This document shows positions 46,998 through 55,671 of a stretch of DNA of 64,000 nucleotides, piece by piece. Position numbers and translations under genes: made by a program. The stretch is from a virus: IMG/VR virus record IMGVR_UViG_3300020536_000010, positions 15,038-79,037 of that record; one strand, 5' to 3'. A model generated the notes under the pieces. That model was given only the letters and a program-made list of their open reading frames with translations, searched no databases and was not told the origin of the DNA. The first letter of the stretch is position 1, and the number at the start of each line of letters is the position of its first letter.

Positions 46998-49900
46998 ATG
47001 TCCTATGTTGGTCTGCATGTCCACACTCATTACAGTTTGTTTGACGGTATAGCTACTCCTTTGGAGTATATAGAACGTGCAAAAGAACTGGGTATGAATG
47101 CATTAGCAATTACTGACCATGGCTCCCTGTCTGGTCACAGAGAGTTCTTTAGAGCTGCTAATGAGAGTGGCATCAGGCCAATATTGGGTGTAGAAGCCTA
47201 TATCACATCAGATAGATTTGATCAAAGAGATAATGAAGAAAGAAAAGGTCTTATAGACCTTGTTTATAACCACACAATTATTCTTGCTAAGAATCAGGAT
47301 GGCCTAGAAAATTTAAATAAGCTTAATGAGATTGCTTGGACAGAGGGTTATTTTAAAAAACCAAGAATAGATTATGAAGTCCTAGAGAAATATTCTGAGG
47401 GACTTGTTGTTCTTTCAGGATGTCTATCTGGTGCACTGGCAAAGGCAATTGAGGCAGAAGAGCTAGCAGAAGCAAAAAGAATTATAGAGTGGCACAAGCG
47501 TGTGTTTAAAGATGACTATTATATTGAGGTAATGCCACACAATCCAGCTACAGTTAATAAGCAATTATTAGAATTAGCAGACGAATTCGAAGTCAAGGCA
47601 GTTGTAACTCCAGACTGTCACCATGCACACACAGATCAAAAAGAGATACAAGAATTAAAGCTAATCCTAAACACTTATGCAAATAAGATTACAAAAGATG
47701 CAACGTATGAAAAGTCACTAAAACATTCTAACTTAATGGATAGATTAGACTACCTATATGGTTCAGACAGGCAAATGTCTTTTAATAAATTTGAAATTCA
47801 CCTACTTTCCGATGAAGAAATGCACAGAGAAATGGAAAAGCAGGGCATTGATAGGGAAGATATCTATACCCATACTATAGAAATTGCAAATAAGGTAGAG
47901 GACTACGACATCAAAGACCACCTTGATCTGCTTCCAGTTCAGTATCAAAAACCAGATGAAGAGCTTAGAAAGTTAGCACTTGAAGGCCTTGAGGCCAGAG
48001 GAATAAAGGATAACCAAAAATATTTGGATAGGCTAGACGAAGAGCTAAAGGTAATTCGTGATAAAAAGTTTGGGCCATACTTCTTGGTTGTTCGTAATAT
48101 GATTGCTTGGGCTAAAAAAGAAGGCATTATGGTTGGACCAGGCCGTGGATCTTCCGCTGGCTCATTGCTGTGCTATGCGTTGGGAATAACTGATATTGAT
48201 CCAATTAAATATGGCCTTCTTTTCTTCCGTTTTATTAATCCAGAACGTAATGACTTTCCAGACATCGACACTGATATCCAGGATTCACGCCGTGAAGAGG
48301 TAAAGGACTATCTTGTTAGGCAATATCGTCACGTAGCGTCTATTGCTACCTTCTTAGAATTTAAAGATAAGGGCGTGGTGCGTGATATTGCACGTGTTCT
48401 TAATATTCCATTATCAGATGTAAATAAAGTTATGAAAGTTGTAGATACCTGGGACGACTACTGTACGTCAAAACAGGCTGCCTGGTTTAGAGAGAAATAT
48501 CCTGAGATTGAAAAGTATGGAGAGCAGCTTCGTGGTCGTATTAGAGGAACTGGTATTCACGCTGCTGGTGTTGTTACTTCTAAGCATCCAATTTTTAAGT
48601 ATGCTCCAATGGAAACACGAACATCGCCAGGAAGTGGAGACAGGATTCCTGTAGTTGCAGTAGACATGGAAGAGGCAGAACGCATTGGGTTAATTAAGAT
48701 TGATGCCCTTGGTCTAAAGACCTTGTCTGTTCTGCGTGATACCCTTGACATCATTAAAGATAGAACTGGTCAAGATATCAACCTATTAGAAATTGATATG
48801 GAAGATCCAAAGGTATATGAAATGCTATCTTTTGGATACACCAAGGGAGTTTTTCAGTGTGAAGCTACACCATACACCAACTTGCTTGTAAAAATGGGAG
48901 TCAAGAGCTTTGCAGAGCTTGCAGCGTCTAACGCTTTGGTTAGACCAGGTGCAATGAATACTATCGGCAAAGACTATATAGCACGTAAGCATGGAAAGCA
49001 AAACATTGCCTACCATCACCAAGTAATGAAAGAGTTTACTTCAGAAACTTATGGATGCATTTTGTACCAGGAGCAGGTCATGCAGGCCTGTGTAAATCTT
49101 GGCGGCATGACAATGGCAGAGGCAGACAAGGTTCGTAAGATTATTGGAAAGAAAAAGGATGCAAAAGAGTTTGACCAGTTTAGGGAAAAGTTTGTTGAAG
49201 GTGCTTCAAAATATCTCGCCCCCAATGTCGCACGTGATTTATGGTCTGATTTTGAGGCCCATGCTGGGTATTCGTTCAATAAGTCTCACGCTGTGGCGTA
49301 CTCTACGCTCTCATATTGGACGGCATGGTTAAAGAAATACTATCCAATTGAGTTTATGTATTCTGTTCTTAAGAATGAAAAAGACAAAGATGCTCGCACA
49401 GAGTACTTGATCGAAGCAAAGCGTATGAATATCCCAATTCGTTTACCACATATTAATGAATCTGACATTGATTTTAAAATTGAGGGCAAGGGTATTAGGT
49501 TTGGACTAACAGCAATTAAGTATATTTCAGACAATATTGCTAAGAAGTATATAGCTAGGCGACCATTTGCTTCTTACAAAGAGCTAGAGACATTTACGTT
49601 TGGTAAGGGTAATGGTGTAAATAGCCGTGCTCTTCAAGCACTAAGACTTGTTGGTGCAGCAACGTTTGAAGATAATCCTAGAAATGAAAATGAAGTAAGG
49701 GAAAATCTTTACGAATATCTAAATTTGCCAGAATTTAACATTGATATTCCATCCCACTACTATGCATTTATTAATGATATAGAAGAGTTTGAAGAAAAGG
49801 GTTCATTTGTTTTGATGGGAATGATTAAGGGTATCAAGCGTGGCAAGGGGTGGTCACGTGTAGAGGTATTGGATAAAACTGGAAGCGTAGGAATTTTTGA

Positions 49901-50279
49901 TGAAGAGCAAACTACAATTGAGCCAGGTCGTACGTATCTTCTATTGGCTAGCGATAATAGGATTGTTTCTGCTATACCAGTAGATGAGATTAAAGGCAAC
50001 GAAAATGCCTTAGTAAAATTTTTAAACTACAGGCAATTGCCGTATAAAGAAGATGAATTTTATGTAGTTTCTTTTAGGCCTAGAGTTACAAAGGCAGGGA
50101 AAAAGATGGCATCACTAACCTTAGCAGATACTGCCAGAGAGCTACACTCTGTTACTGTGTTTCCTACATCTTTTGCTAAGGCCTATATGAAAATTAAAGA
50201 GGGGCATGCCTATAAATTTGAGTTTGGTAAAACAAAAGATGGAACTGTGATAATGGAGGACGTAATTGACAACAGTTGA
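46998..50279 (+). CDS. dnaE: DNA polymerase III alpha subunit
   Basis: PHP domain HVHTHYSLFDG/TDHG, GPGRGSSAGS, FPDIDTD, HAAG, KIDALGL, YSFNKSHA. Confidence 0.97.
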   Translation: MSYVGLHVHTHYSLFDGIATPLEYIERAKELGMNALAITDHGSLSGHREFFRAANESGIRPILGVEAYITSDRFDQRDNEERKGLIDLVYNHTIILAKNQDGLENLNKLNEIAWTEGYFKKPRIDYEVLEKYSEGLVVLSGCLSGALAKAIEAEELAEAKRIIEWHKRVFKDDYYIEVMPHNPATVNKQLLELADEFEVKAVVTPDCHHAHTDQKEIQELKLILNTYANKITKDATYEKSLKHSNLMDRLDYLYGSDRQMSFNKFEIHLLSDEEMHREMEKQGIDREDIYTHTIEIANKVEDYDIKDHLDLLPVQYQKPDEELRKLALEGLEARGIKDNQKYLDRLDEELKVIRDKKFGPYFLVVRNMIAWAKKEGIMVGPGRGSSAGSLLCYALGITDIDPIKYGLLFFRFINPERNDFPDIDTDIQDSRREEVKDYLVRQYRHVASIATFLEFKDKGVVRDIARVLNIPLSDVNKVMKVVDTWDDYCTSKQAAWFREKYPEIEKYGEQLRGRIRGTGIHAAGVVTSKHPIFKYAPMETRTSPGSGDRIPVVAVDMEEAERIGLIKIDALGLKTLSVLRDTLDIIKDRTGQDINLLEIDMEDPKVYEMLSFGYTKGVFQCEATPYTNLLVKMGVKSFAELAASNALVRPGAMNTIGKDYIARKHGKQNIAYHHQVMKEFTSETYGCILYQEQVMQACVNLGGMTMAEADKVRKIIGKKKDAKEFDQFREKFVEGASKYLAPNVARDLWSDFEAHAGYSFNKSHAVAYSTLSYWTAWLKKYYPIEFMYSVLKNEKDKDARTEYLIEAKRMNIPIRLPHINESDIDFKIEGKGIRFGLTAIKYISDNIAKKYIARRPFASYKELETFTFGKGNGVNSRALQALRLVGAATFEDNPRNENEVRENLYEYLNLPEFNIDIPSHYYAFINDIEEFEEKGSFVLMGMIKGIKRGKGWSRVEVLDKTGSVGIFDEEQTTIEPGRTYLLLASDNRIVSAIPVDEIKGNENALVKFLNYRQLPYKEDEFYVVSFRPRVTKAGKKMASLTLADTARELHSVTVFPTSFAKAYMKIKEGHAYKFEFGKTKDGTVIMEDVIDNS

Positions 50280-51276
50280 AGAGGCACTAGCTCAGCTAGA
50301 TCCGAAGATTAGAAAAAGAATAGGCACTGGAGAGGGAATTAAGATAGAGATTCAACCTACTCCAAGTGCTGGATTAAACAGAGCACTTGGTGGTGGTTTC
50401 CCATATGGCAGACAAGTTTTGCTTTGGGGAAGTAAGTCTAGTGCAAAGTCTTCCTTGTGCTTACAGATGATAGGTATGGCACAAAAAGAAGGCAAGCTCT
50501 GTGCCTGGATTGATGCAGAAATGTCCTATGATGAGGAATGGGCGAAGAAGCTTGGTGTAGACACATCTAAGCTAATTTATTCAGAAGCTAGAAGTATTAA
50601 TGAAATGGTTGACGTTGGCGTTGCACTTTTAAACGCAGGAGTTGATTTAATTGTAATTGACAGCATTAGCTCTTTGCTCCCAGCGGTATATTTTGAAAAA
50701 GACTCTACAGAGCTAAAGCCATTGGATCAAACCAAGCAGATTGGTGCAGAGTCTAAAGACTTAAAGCATGCATGGCTAATGCTTAACTATGCCAATAATC
50801 GTGAAAAGCCAGCACTGATTATTGCAATTTCTCAGTCACGCAATAATATTCAGCAAACTTATACTCAGGCTGCCCCAACAGGCGGACTGACCACACAGTT
50901 TATGTCATCTACAATTGTTAAGCTATTTTCATCCAGCTCCGATTCTCAGGCAATTAAGGCTAAGATCAAGGTAGGAGATAAGATAATTGAACAAAAAGTA
51001 GGCCGTAAAGTTAGGTGGGAAGTTTTAAACTCAAAGACTTCTGCTCCAGGAGATAGTGCAGAATATGACTTTTACTACCGTGGAGATTTGATTGGAATTG
51101 ATATGGTTGGAGATCTTGTAGATACTGCAGAGATGCTTGGGTTTGTAAATAGAACTGGTGCCTGGTATCAGCTAGATGATGGCACTAAAATACAAGGCCG
51201 TGATGCATTTGTAGACAGGGTAAAAGAAGACAAAGCCCTATACGAATCTTTATATGCAAAGGTCCACGGTGTCTAA
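50266..51276 (+). CDS. recA: RecA-family recombinase
   Basis: LNRALGGGFPYGR, P-loop GSKSSAKSS, WIDAE, IVIDSI, GAWY; TTG start with GGAGG RBS. Confidence 0.85.
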   Translation: MTTVEEALAQLDPKIRKRIGTGEGIKIEIQPTPSAGLNRALGGGFPYGRQVLLWGSKSSAKSSLCLQMIGMAQKEGKLCAWIDAEMSYDEEWAKKLGVDTSKLIYSEARSINEMVDVGVALLNAGVDLIVIDSISSLLPAVYFEKDSTELKPLDQTKQIGAESKDLKHAWLMLNYANNREKPALIIAISQSRNNIQQTYTQAAPTGGLTTQFMSSTIVKLFSSSSDSQAIKAKIKVGDKIIEQKVGRKVRWEVLNSKTSAPGDSAEYDFYYRGDLIGIDMVGDLVDTAEMLGFVNRTGAWYQLDDGTKIQGRDAFVDRVKEDKALYESLYAKVHGV

Positions 51277-51451
51277 ATATAATATTCACCCAGGACAGTT
51301 TAAGTGTCAAGTTTGTAATAAAGATGTTAACAGTTTAAGACACTATGTTGAGGATAGTTTGCTTACATGGATGTGCTCTGACAAGCACATTAGTGAAGTA
51401 TCTTTAAAGGTTAAGAAAAAGAAAGACTATGAGCGAGAGAGCAGAGACTAA
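51269..51451 (+). CDS. Small zinc-ribbon-like protein
   Basis: CQVC...C..KH; GTG start overlapping the recA stop region. Confidence 0.55.
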   Translation: MSKYNIHPGQFKCQVCNKDVNSLRHYVEDSLLTWMCSDKHISEVSLKVKKKKDYERESRD

Positions 51452-51710
51452 GCGTCTTGGTGCCAGGCAAACTAAAAATAGTGGGCGTGGCATTAAGAAA
51501 GGCGATGCCACTTGGGAAAATTTCACAGTAGATTTTAAAGAATACCCAAAAGGATTTACCATTAATCAAGACAATTGGGCAAAAACAGTAACAGATGCAA
51601 TAAAAAATGGAAATGATCCAGCAATTATAGTAGTACTAGGAGAAGGAAATAAAAAGACAAGGCTGGCAATAATAGAGCTATCTCTATTAGAGCAGTTATT
51701 GGAGGATTAA
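51429..51710 (+). CDS. PD-(D/E)XK nuclease, Holliday-junction-resolvase-like
   Basis: E...SGRG..KGDA...VDFKE motif. Confidence 0.55.
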   Translation: MSERAETKRLGARQTKNSGRGIKKGDATWENFTVDFKEYPKGFTINQDNWAKTVTDAIKNGNDPAIIVVLGEGNKKTRLAIIELSLLEQLLED

Positions 51711-51712
51711 TT

Positions 51713-52321
51713 ATGAAAACATTATTTTTAGATATTGAAACAACGCCAATGCAGGTATATGCATGGGGACTATTTGATCAAAATATTACAATAGATCAGA
51801 TTATTAAAAGCACAGAAATGCTATGCTTTGGAGCCAGATGGCTTGGAGAAAAGAAAGTAATCTTTCGATCAGTTTATCACGATGGCAAAAAAGCTATGCT
51901 AGAAGAGCTACACAGCCTAATGGATGAGGCAGATGTTCTTGTTGGTTGGAACTCAGCAGCATTTGACCACAAACACATCAACCGTGAATTTTTGGAAAAT
52001 GGAATGATGCCCCCATCTACTGTAAAGGATCTAGACCTTATGAGTGTAACAAAGGCAAACTTTCTATTCCCATCCAATAAGCTAGACTATGTGGCACAAA
52101 AGCTAGAGGTTGGTGCCAAGGTTAAGCATTCTGGTTTTTCGCTTTGGCTTGGATGCATGGATAATGACAAAAAGTCCTGGAAGCAGATGAAAGAATATCA
52201 GATTCAGGATGTCAACCTTTTAGTAGATTTATACGACATTCTTTTGCCATGGCTAGTGCCAAATGGCAAAGTGACAAGCAAAGAAAAGCAGGCTATCCAG
52301 GAAGCGGACGGCGTGGTATAA
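51713..52321 (+). CDS. RNase H-like 3'-5' exonuclease (DnaQ/YprB-like)
   Basis: LDIET, GWNS.AFD, NKLDYVA, Y..QDV. Confidence 0.8.
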   Translation: MKTLFLDIETTPMQVYAWGLFDQNITIDQIIKSTEMLCFGARWLGEKKVIFRSVYHDGKKAMLEELHSLMDEADVLVGWNSAAFDHKHINREFLENGMMPPSTVKDLDLMSVTKANFLFPSNKLDYVAQKLEVGAKVKHSGFSLWLGCMDNDKKSWKQMKEYQIQDVNLLVDLYDILLPWLVPNGKVTSKEKQAIQEADGVV

Positions 52322-52328
52322 TAGTCTA

Positions 52329-52643
52329 ATGGAACAAGTAACAAAAGATAAAACAACATTAGAAATGGTAAATGGTCTAGCAGAGATTGCAGACTTTATG
52401 GAAGATGAAGAGCTTACACAAGCACTTACATTTATTGCCAAGATTATACTAAAGCCAGATATTCCAATGAATGTGGCCACCCTTGAAATCGTAAGGCTTC
52501 AAGCTATCGCTGCTAAAATGGCTTTTAAGGCGACTTGGTCAGCTAACGTAGAAAAGGGAGATAGAGCGAAAAAGAATATTTATTATACTGCTGCTGAATC
52601 TATTAATGATTTAGTAGCTGCTCTTAAATATATTATTCGCTAA
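52329..52643 (+). CDS. Hypothetical protein, probably leaderless
   Basis: TGGTATAAT (52314-52322) lies six nt before the ATG. Confidence 0.7.
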   Translation: MEQVTKDKTTLEMVNGLAEIADFMEDEELTQALTFIAKIILKPDIPMNVATLEIVRLQAIAAKMAFKATWSANVEKGDRAKKNIYYTAAESINDLVAALKYIIR

Positions 52644-52650
52644 GTAGGAT

Positions 52651-53448
52651 ATGGCTAAAAATTTTCTACAACAAGTAATGCTTAAGAAAGCAGAAGAGTC
52701 ACCAAAATCATTTTTGAATACGCAAGAGCTTATTGATAAAATTAACTATGGTTACATTGCCAAGCGTGAAACCAAGTTTGCTAAGAAAAACTCTTTTGCA
52801 CCAAGCACAATAGCATACTCTCATGGAGAGTGTCCACGTTACTGGTACCTAGCATTTGAAGGTGCCATGTTTGAAGATAATGCTGATGCTTATGGCGGTG
52901 CCAATATGACTAGTGGCACAAAGTCACATGAGCGTATTCAGCAAGCAATGGCAGATGCTGGTATTCTTAAAGATTCAGAATTTAAGATTACTTGGAATGA
53001 TCCACCAATATTTGGCTTTGGAGATGTCATTCTTGATTGGGCTGGAGAAGATCTTCTTGGCGAAATAAAGACTATGCCAAGCGAAGGATTTGAATATCGT
53101 AAAGCAAGCGGTAAGCCAAAACTAGGGCACTTAGTACAGCTACTAATTTATATGAAGATTCTAAACAAGACGAAAGCTGTCTTGATTTATGAAAATAAAA
53201 ACAATCACGATCTACTGGTTATTCCAGTAGAGATTAGTGACTATTACATCAGGTGGGTAAACCAGACGTTTGACTGGATGAGGACGGTAAGAAAAGCATG
53301 GGAAGATAAACAGCTTCCTGAGAAAAACTATCGCTCTAATTCTAAGATATGCAAGACATGTCCAATACAAAAGGCATGTGCTGAAGCTGGCAAGGGACTG
53401 ATTAAAATCAATTCCTTGGAGCTGCTAGATGAAGCAAAAGCACTGTGA
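52651..53448 (+). CDS. Cas4/RecB-like PD-(D/E)XK exonuclease
   Basis: CPR, GT..HERIQ, G.GD...EIKT, QL.IY, CKTCP...C (four-Cys Fe-S pattern). Confidence 0.8.
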   Translation: MAKNFLQQVMLKKAEESPKSFLNTQELIDKINYGYIAKRETKFAKKNSFAPSTIAYSHGECPRYWYLAFEGAMFEDNADAYGGANMTSGTKSHERIQQAMADAGILKDSEFKITWNDPPIFGFGDVILDWAGEDLLGEIKTMPSEGFEYRKASGKPKLGHLVQLLIYMKILNKTKAVLIYENKNNHDLLVIPVEISDYYIRWVNQTFDWMRTVRKAWEDKQLPEKNYRSNSKICKTCPIQKACAEAGKGLIKINSLELLDEAKAL

Positions 53449-53722
53449 GTGGTGTGACCACACATTTGAAACCAGCATTTCATATCAGATTTACTGCTCT
53501 CCAGAATGTAGAGAAGCTGCCACAAAAGAAAAGATGGCAGAAAAATATGCCCAAAATAGGCGTAATAAAAGAATAGGAAAAATCAGAAAATGCAAGGGCT
53601 GTGGAGAACCACTTTCAGTCTACAACGATGATCCGTTATGCACAAAGTGCCTGGTTAATCCACTTGAAGTAAAAAAGGCATTAAAAGAAATAAAGGGTTT
53701 GCTAAATGGTAAATCTGAATAA
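53429..53722 (+). CDS. Cys-rich zinc-finger protein
   Basis: CEWC, YCSPEC, CKGC, CTKC. Confidence 0.7.
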   Translation: MKQKHCEWCDHTFETSISYQIYCSPECREAATKEKMAEKYAQNRRNKRIGKIRKCKGCGEPLSVYNDDPLCTKCLVNPLEVKKALKEIKGLLNGKSE

Positions 53723-54281
53723 ATTTATTTATGTTCCAAACAGAATAATGTCTATAGATGCTAGCACAACAAGTATTGCATATGCAGTATTTGAGGGAAA
53801 GCAATTAGTAATAAGCGGCAAGGTTGAGTTTTCTGGAAAAGATGTTTATCAAAAAATAGCAAGTGCAATTGGTTCTGTGGTTACTGTAATCCAAGATCTT
53901 AATCCAGAAGCGGTTGTAATTGAACGAGCCGTGTTTATCAACAGTCCTAAAACTATGTCGGAACTTTCTATGGTTCAGGGTGCTATTTTAGCTGGTGCAT
54001 CTTTGGCAGGTGTTAAGATATTTAAAGGAACTAACCCAATAGCCTGGCAAAGCTATATTGGTAATGGTAAGCTCACAAAAGATGCAAAGATTTTAATGAG
54101 AAAGCTTAACCCAAATAAGTCTGAGTCTTGGTATAAGCAAAATGAAAGAGAAGCTAGAAAACAAAAAACAATAAACTTTGTTAATATTAATTATGATTTA
54201 GATATTAGTGATAATGATATTGCAGATGCAATTGGTATTGGGCACTACTCTTTAAATAACTGGGAAAAGCTGGGGGATTGA
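53706..54281 (+). CDS. ruvC: RuvC-like Holliday junction resolvase
   Basis: SIDAS....AYAV, VVIE, QGAI, DIADAIGI. Confidence 0.75.
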   Translation: MVNLNKFIYVPNRIMSIDASTTSIAYAVFEGKQLVISGKVEFSGKDVYQKIASAIGSVVTVIQDLNPEAVVIERAVFINSPKTMSELSMVQGAILAGASLAGVKIFKGTNPIAWQSYIGNGKLTKDAKILMRKLNPNKSESWYKQNEREARKQKTINFVNINYDLDISDNDIADAIGIGHYSLNNWEKLGD

Positions 54282-54306
54282 CAAACATGGCCAACTCTGC
54301 TAAACT
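54278..54306 (+). promoter_or_regulatory. SigA/sigma70 promoter
   Basis: TTGACA (54278-54283), 17-nt spacer ending TGC, then TAAACT (54301-54306). Confidence 0.6.
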
Positions 54307-54448
54307 ATATACAAATCAAACATGGTTAAAAAAAAGATATCACTTAGATAAGAAAAGCCCAGAAGACATTGCAAAGGAATGTGGTGTCAGTGTAGAAACT
54401 ATCTATGTATACTTGGCTAAGTTTGGTTTAAGAAAGTCTAGGCGATGA
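54287..54448 (+). CDS. Small HTH protein (53 aa, not in the ORF track)
   Basis: MANSAKLYTNQTWLKKRYHLDKKSPEDIAKECGVSVETIYVYLAKFGLRKSRR; the stop overlaps the next ATG (ATGA). Confidence 0.75.
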   Translation: MANSAKLYTNQTWLKKRYHLDKKSPEDIAKECGVSVETIYVYLAKFGLRKSRR

Positions 54449-54630
54449 GGTATATAAAGCACTTTGCCAAGGTTATAAAGTGGACACTTGTTCGTGCATT
54501 TTGTAGCCATAAAAAATCAAGGGTTGCGTCCTGTCCATTTACTAGACTTACATATACAACATGCCACAATTGTGGTAAAAGATTAGACATAAGGCCAACA
54601 GATGAAAACACAAACCCAGCAGGATATTGA
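54445..54630 (+). CDS. Small Cys/His-rich hypothetical protein
   Basis: CSH...CP...CHNCG; coupled start. Confidence 0.55.
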   Translation: MRYIKHFAKVIKWTLVRAFCSHKKSRVASCPFTRLTYTTCHNCGKRLDIRPTDENTNPAGY

Positions 54631-54868
54631 AAGAATATCTAAAGAAGTTTCAGATTTGCTAATTGCTAAAAATAAGTCTTATGGGGATTCTGCCCTTAAT
54701 CCTACCAGGGTATTTTCTAAGGCAGATGCAGTAGAACAACTACTAGTCCGAATTGACGACAAGCTATCTAGAATTAAGAATGGCCACGACTGGCCTGGAG
54801 ATAACGACATTGATGATTTGATTGGTTATTTAATTTTACTTAAGATTGCTAAGGAGCGTAATGTCTAG
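54602..54868 (+). CDS. DUF1599 / nucleotide-modification-associated domain 1 (all-alpha NTP pyrophosphatase-like)
   Basis: KN.SYGDS...VRIDDKLSRI...D...DLIGY. Confidence 0.65.
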   Translation: MKTQTQQDIERISKEVSDLLIAKNKSYGDSALNPTRVFSKADAVEQLLVRIDDKLSRIKNGHDWPGDNDIDDLIGYLILLKIAKERNV

Positions 54869-55145
54869 AAAAAACAGGGCAGACGTTAAACCAACTTACT
54901 TTGAAACAATCCCATATATAAATATCCAGGGATTTGAGATTAACGCTGGTGATATAATTAAAGTGCATGGACAGCACGGCAGCAAGTTTAAATTTATTGG
55001 GCTAACCAAGAATAATTTGACTGGTTCCCAATGGGTTGACTGTTTTGAAATGATGAATGGCGTAGCTTCTGTGTTTAGATCTTTTAGTGAGGATAAAATT
55101 AAGCGTATTCCAACCAGGGGAAAAAGGAGAAAGCGTGTCGTTTGA
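54861..55145 (+). CDS. Hypothetical protein (SH3-like beta pattern)
   Basis: RBS AAGGAG before ATG 54861. Confidence 0.65.
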   Translation: MSRKNRADVKPTYFETIPYINIQGFEINAGDIIKVHGQHGSKFKFIGLTKNNLTGSQWVDCFEMMNGVASVFRSFSEDKIKRIPTRGKRRKRVV

Positions 55146-55671
55146 GGATTTGACTATTGAGCATTTAGACGAAGTCAACAAGGTTGTTGAAAAATATCTA
55201 GCTGGCAATGAGCCAACTCAAATTTCTAAAGAGCTTGATATGCCACGACAGAAGGTTGTGGCCTATATTAATGAATGGCGAGCCATGGCTGCAGATAACG
55301 CAGCTATTCGTGCACGTGCAAAAGAAGCTCTTGTTGGTGCAGATGCACACTATAACAAGCTTATACAAAAAGCATATGAAGTTATAGATGATGCTACTAC
55401 AACAGCTAATCTAAATGCAAAGACATCAGCTATTAAGCTAGTTCTTGATATTGAATCTAAACGCATTGACATGCTACAAAAGGCAGGACTTTTAGAAAAT
55501 AAAGAGCTTGCTGAAGAAATGTTAGAAATTGAACGTAAGCAAGAAATCCTTGTTGGTATTTTAAGAGACGTTGCTGCAGAGCACCCAGAGGTACGTGATG
55601 AAATTATGAGAAGGCTATCTGCAGTTTCTAAAGAGCAAGAAGTAATTACAGTGGTACACAACGATGTTTGA
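55135..55671 (+). CDS. Putative terminase small subunit (HTH plus helical oligomerisation region)
   Basis: N-terminal HTH (YLAG..PTQISKELDMPRQKV); directly upstream of and overlapping terL; RBS AGGAG before GTG 55135. Confidence 0.6.
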   Translation: MSFEDLTIEHLDEVNKVVEKYLAGNEPTQISKELDMPRQKVVAYINEWRAMAADNAAIRARAKEALVGADAHYNKLIQKAYEVIDDATTTANLNAKTSAIKLVLDIESKRIDMLQKAGLLENKELAEEMLEIERKQEILVGILRDVAAEHPEVRDEIMRRLSAVSKEQEVITVVHNDV

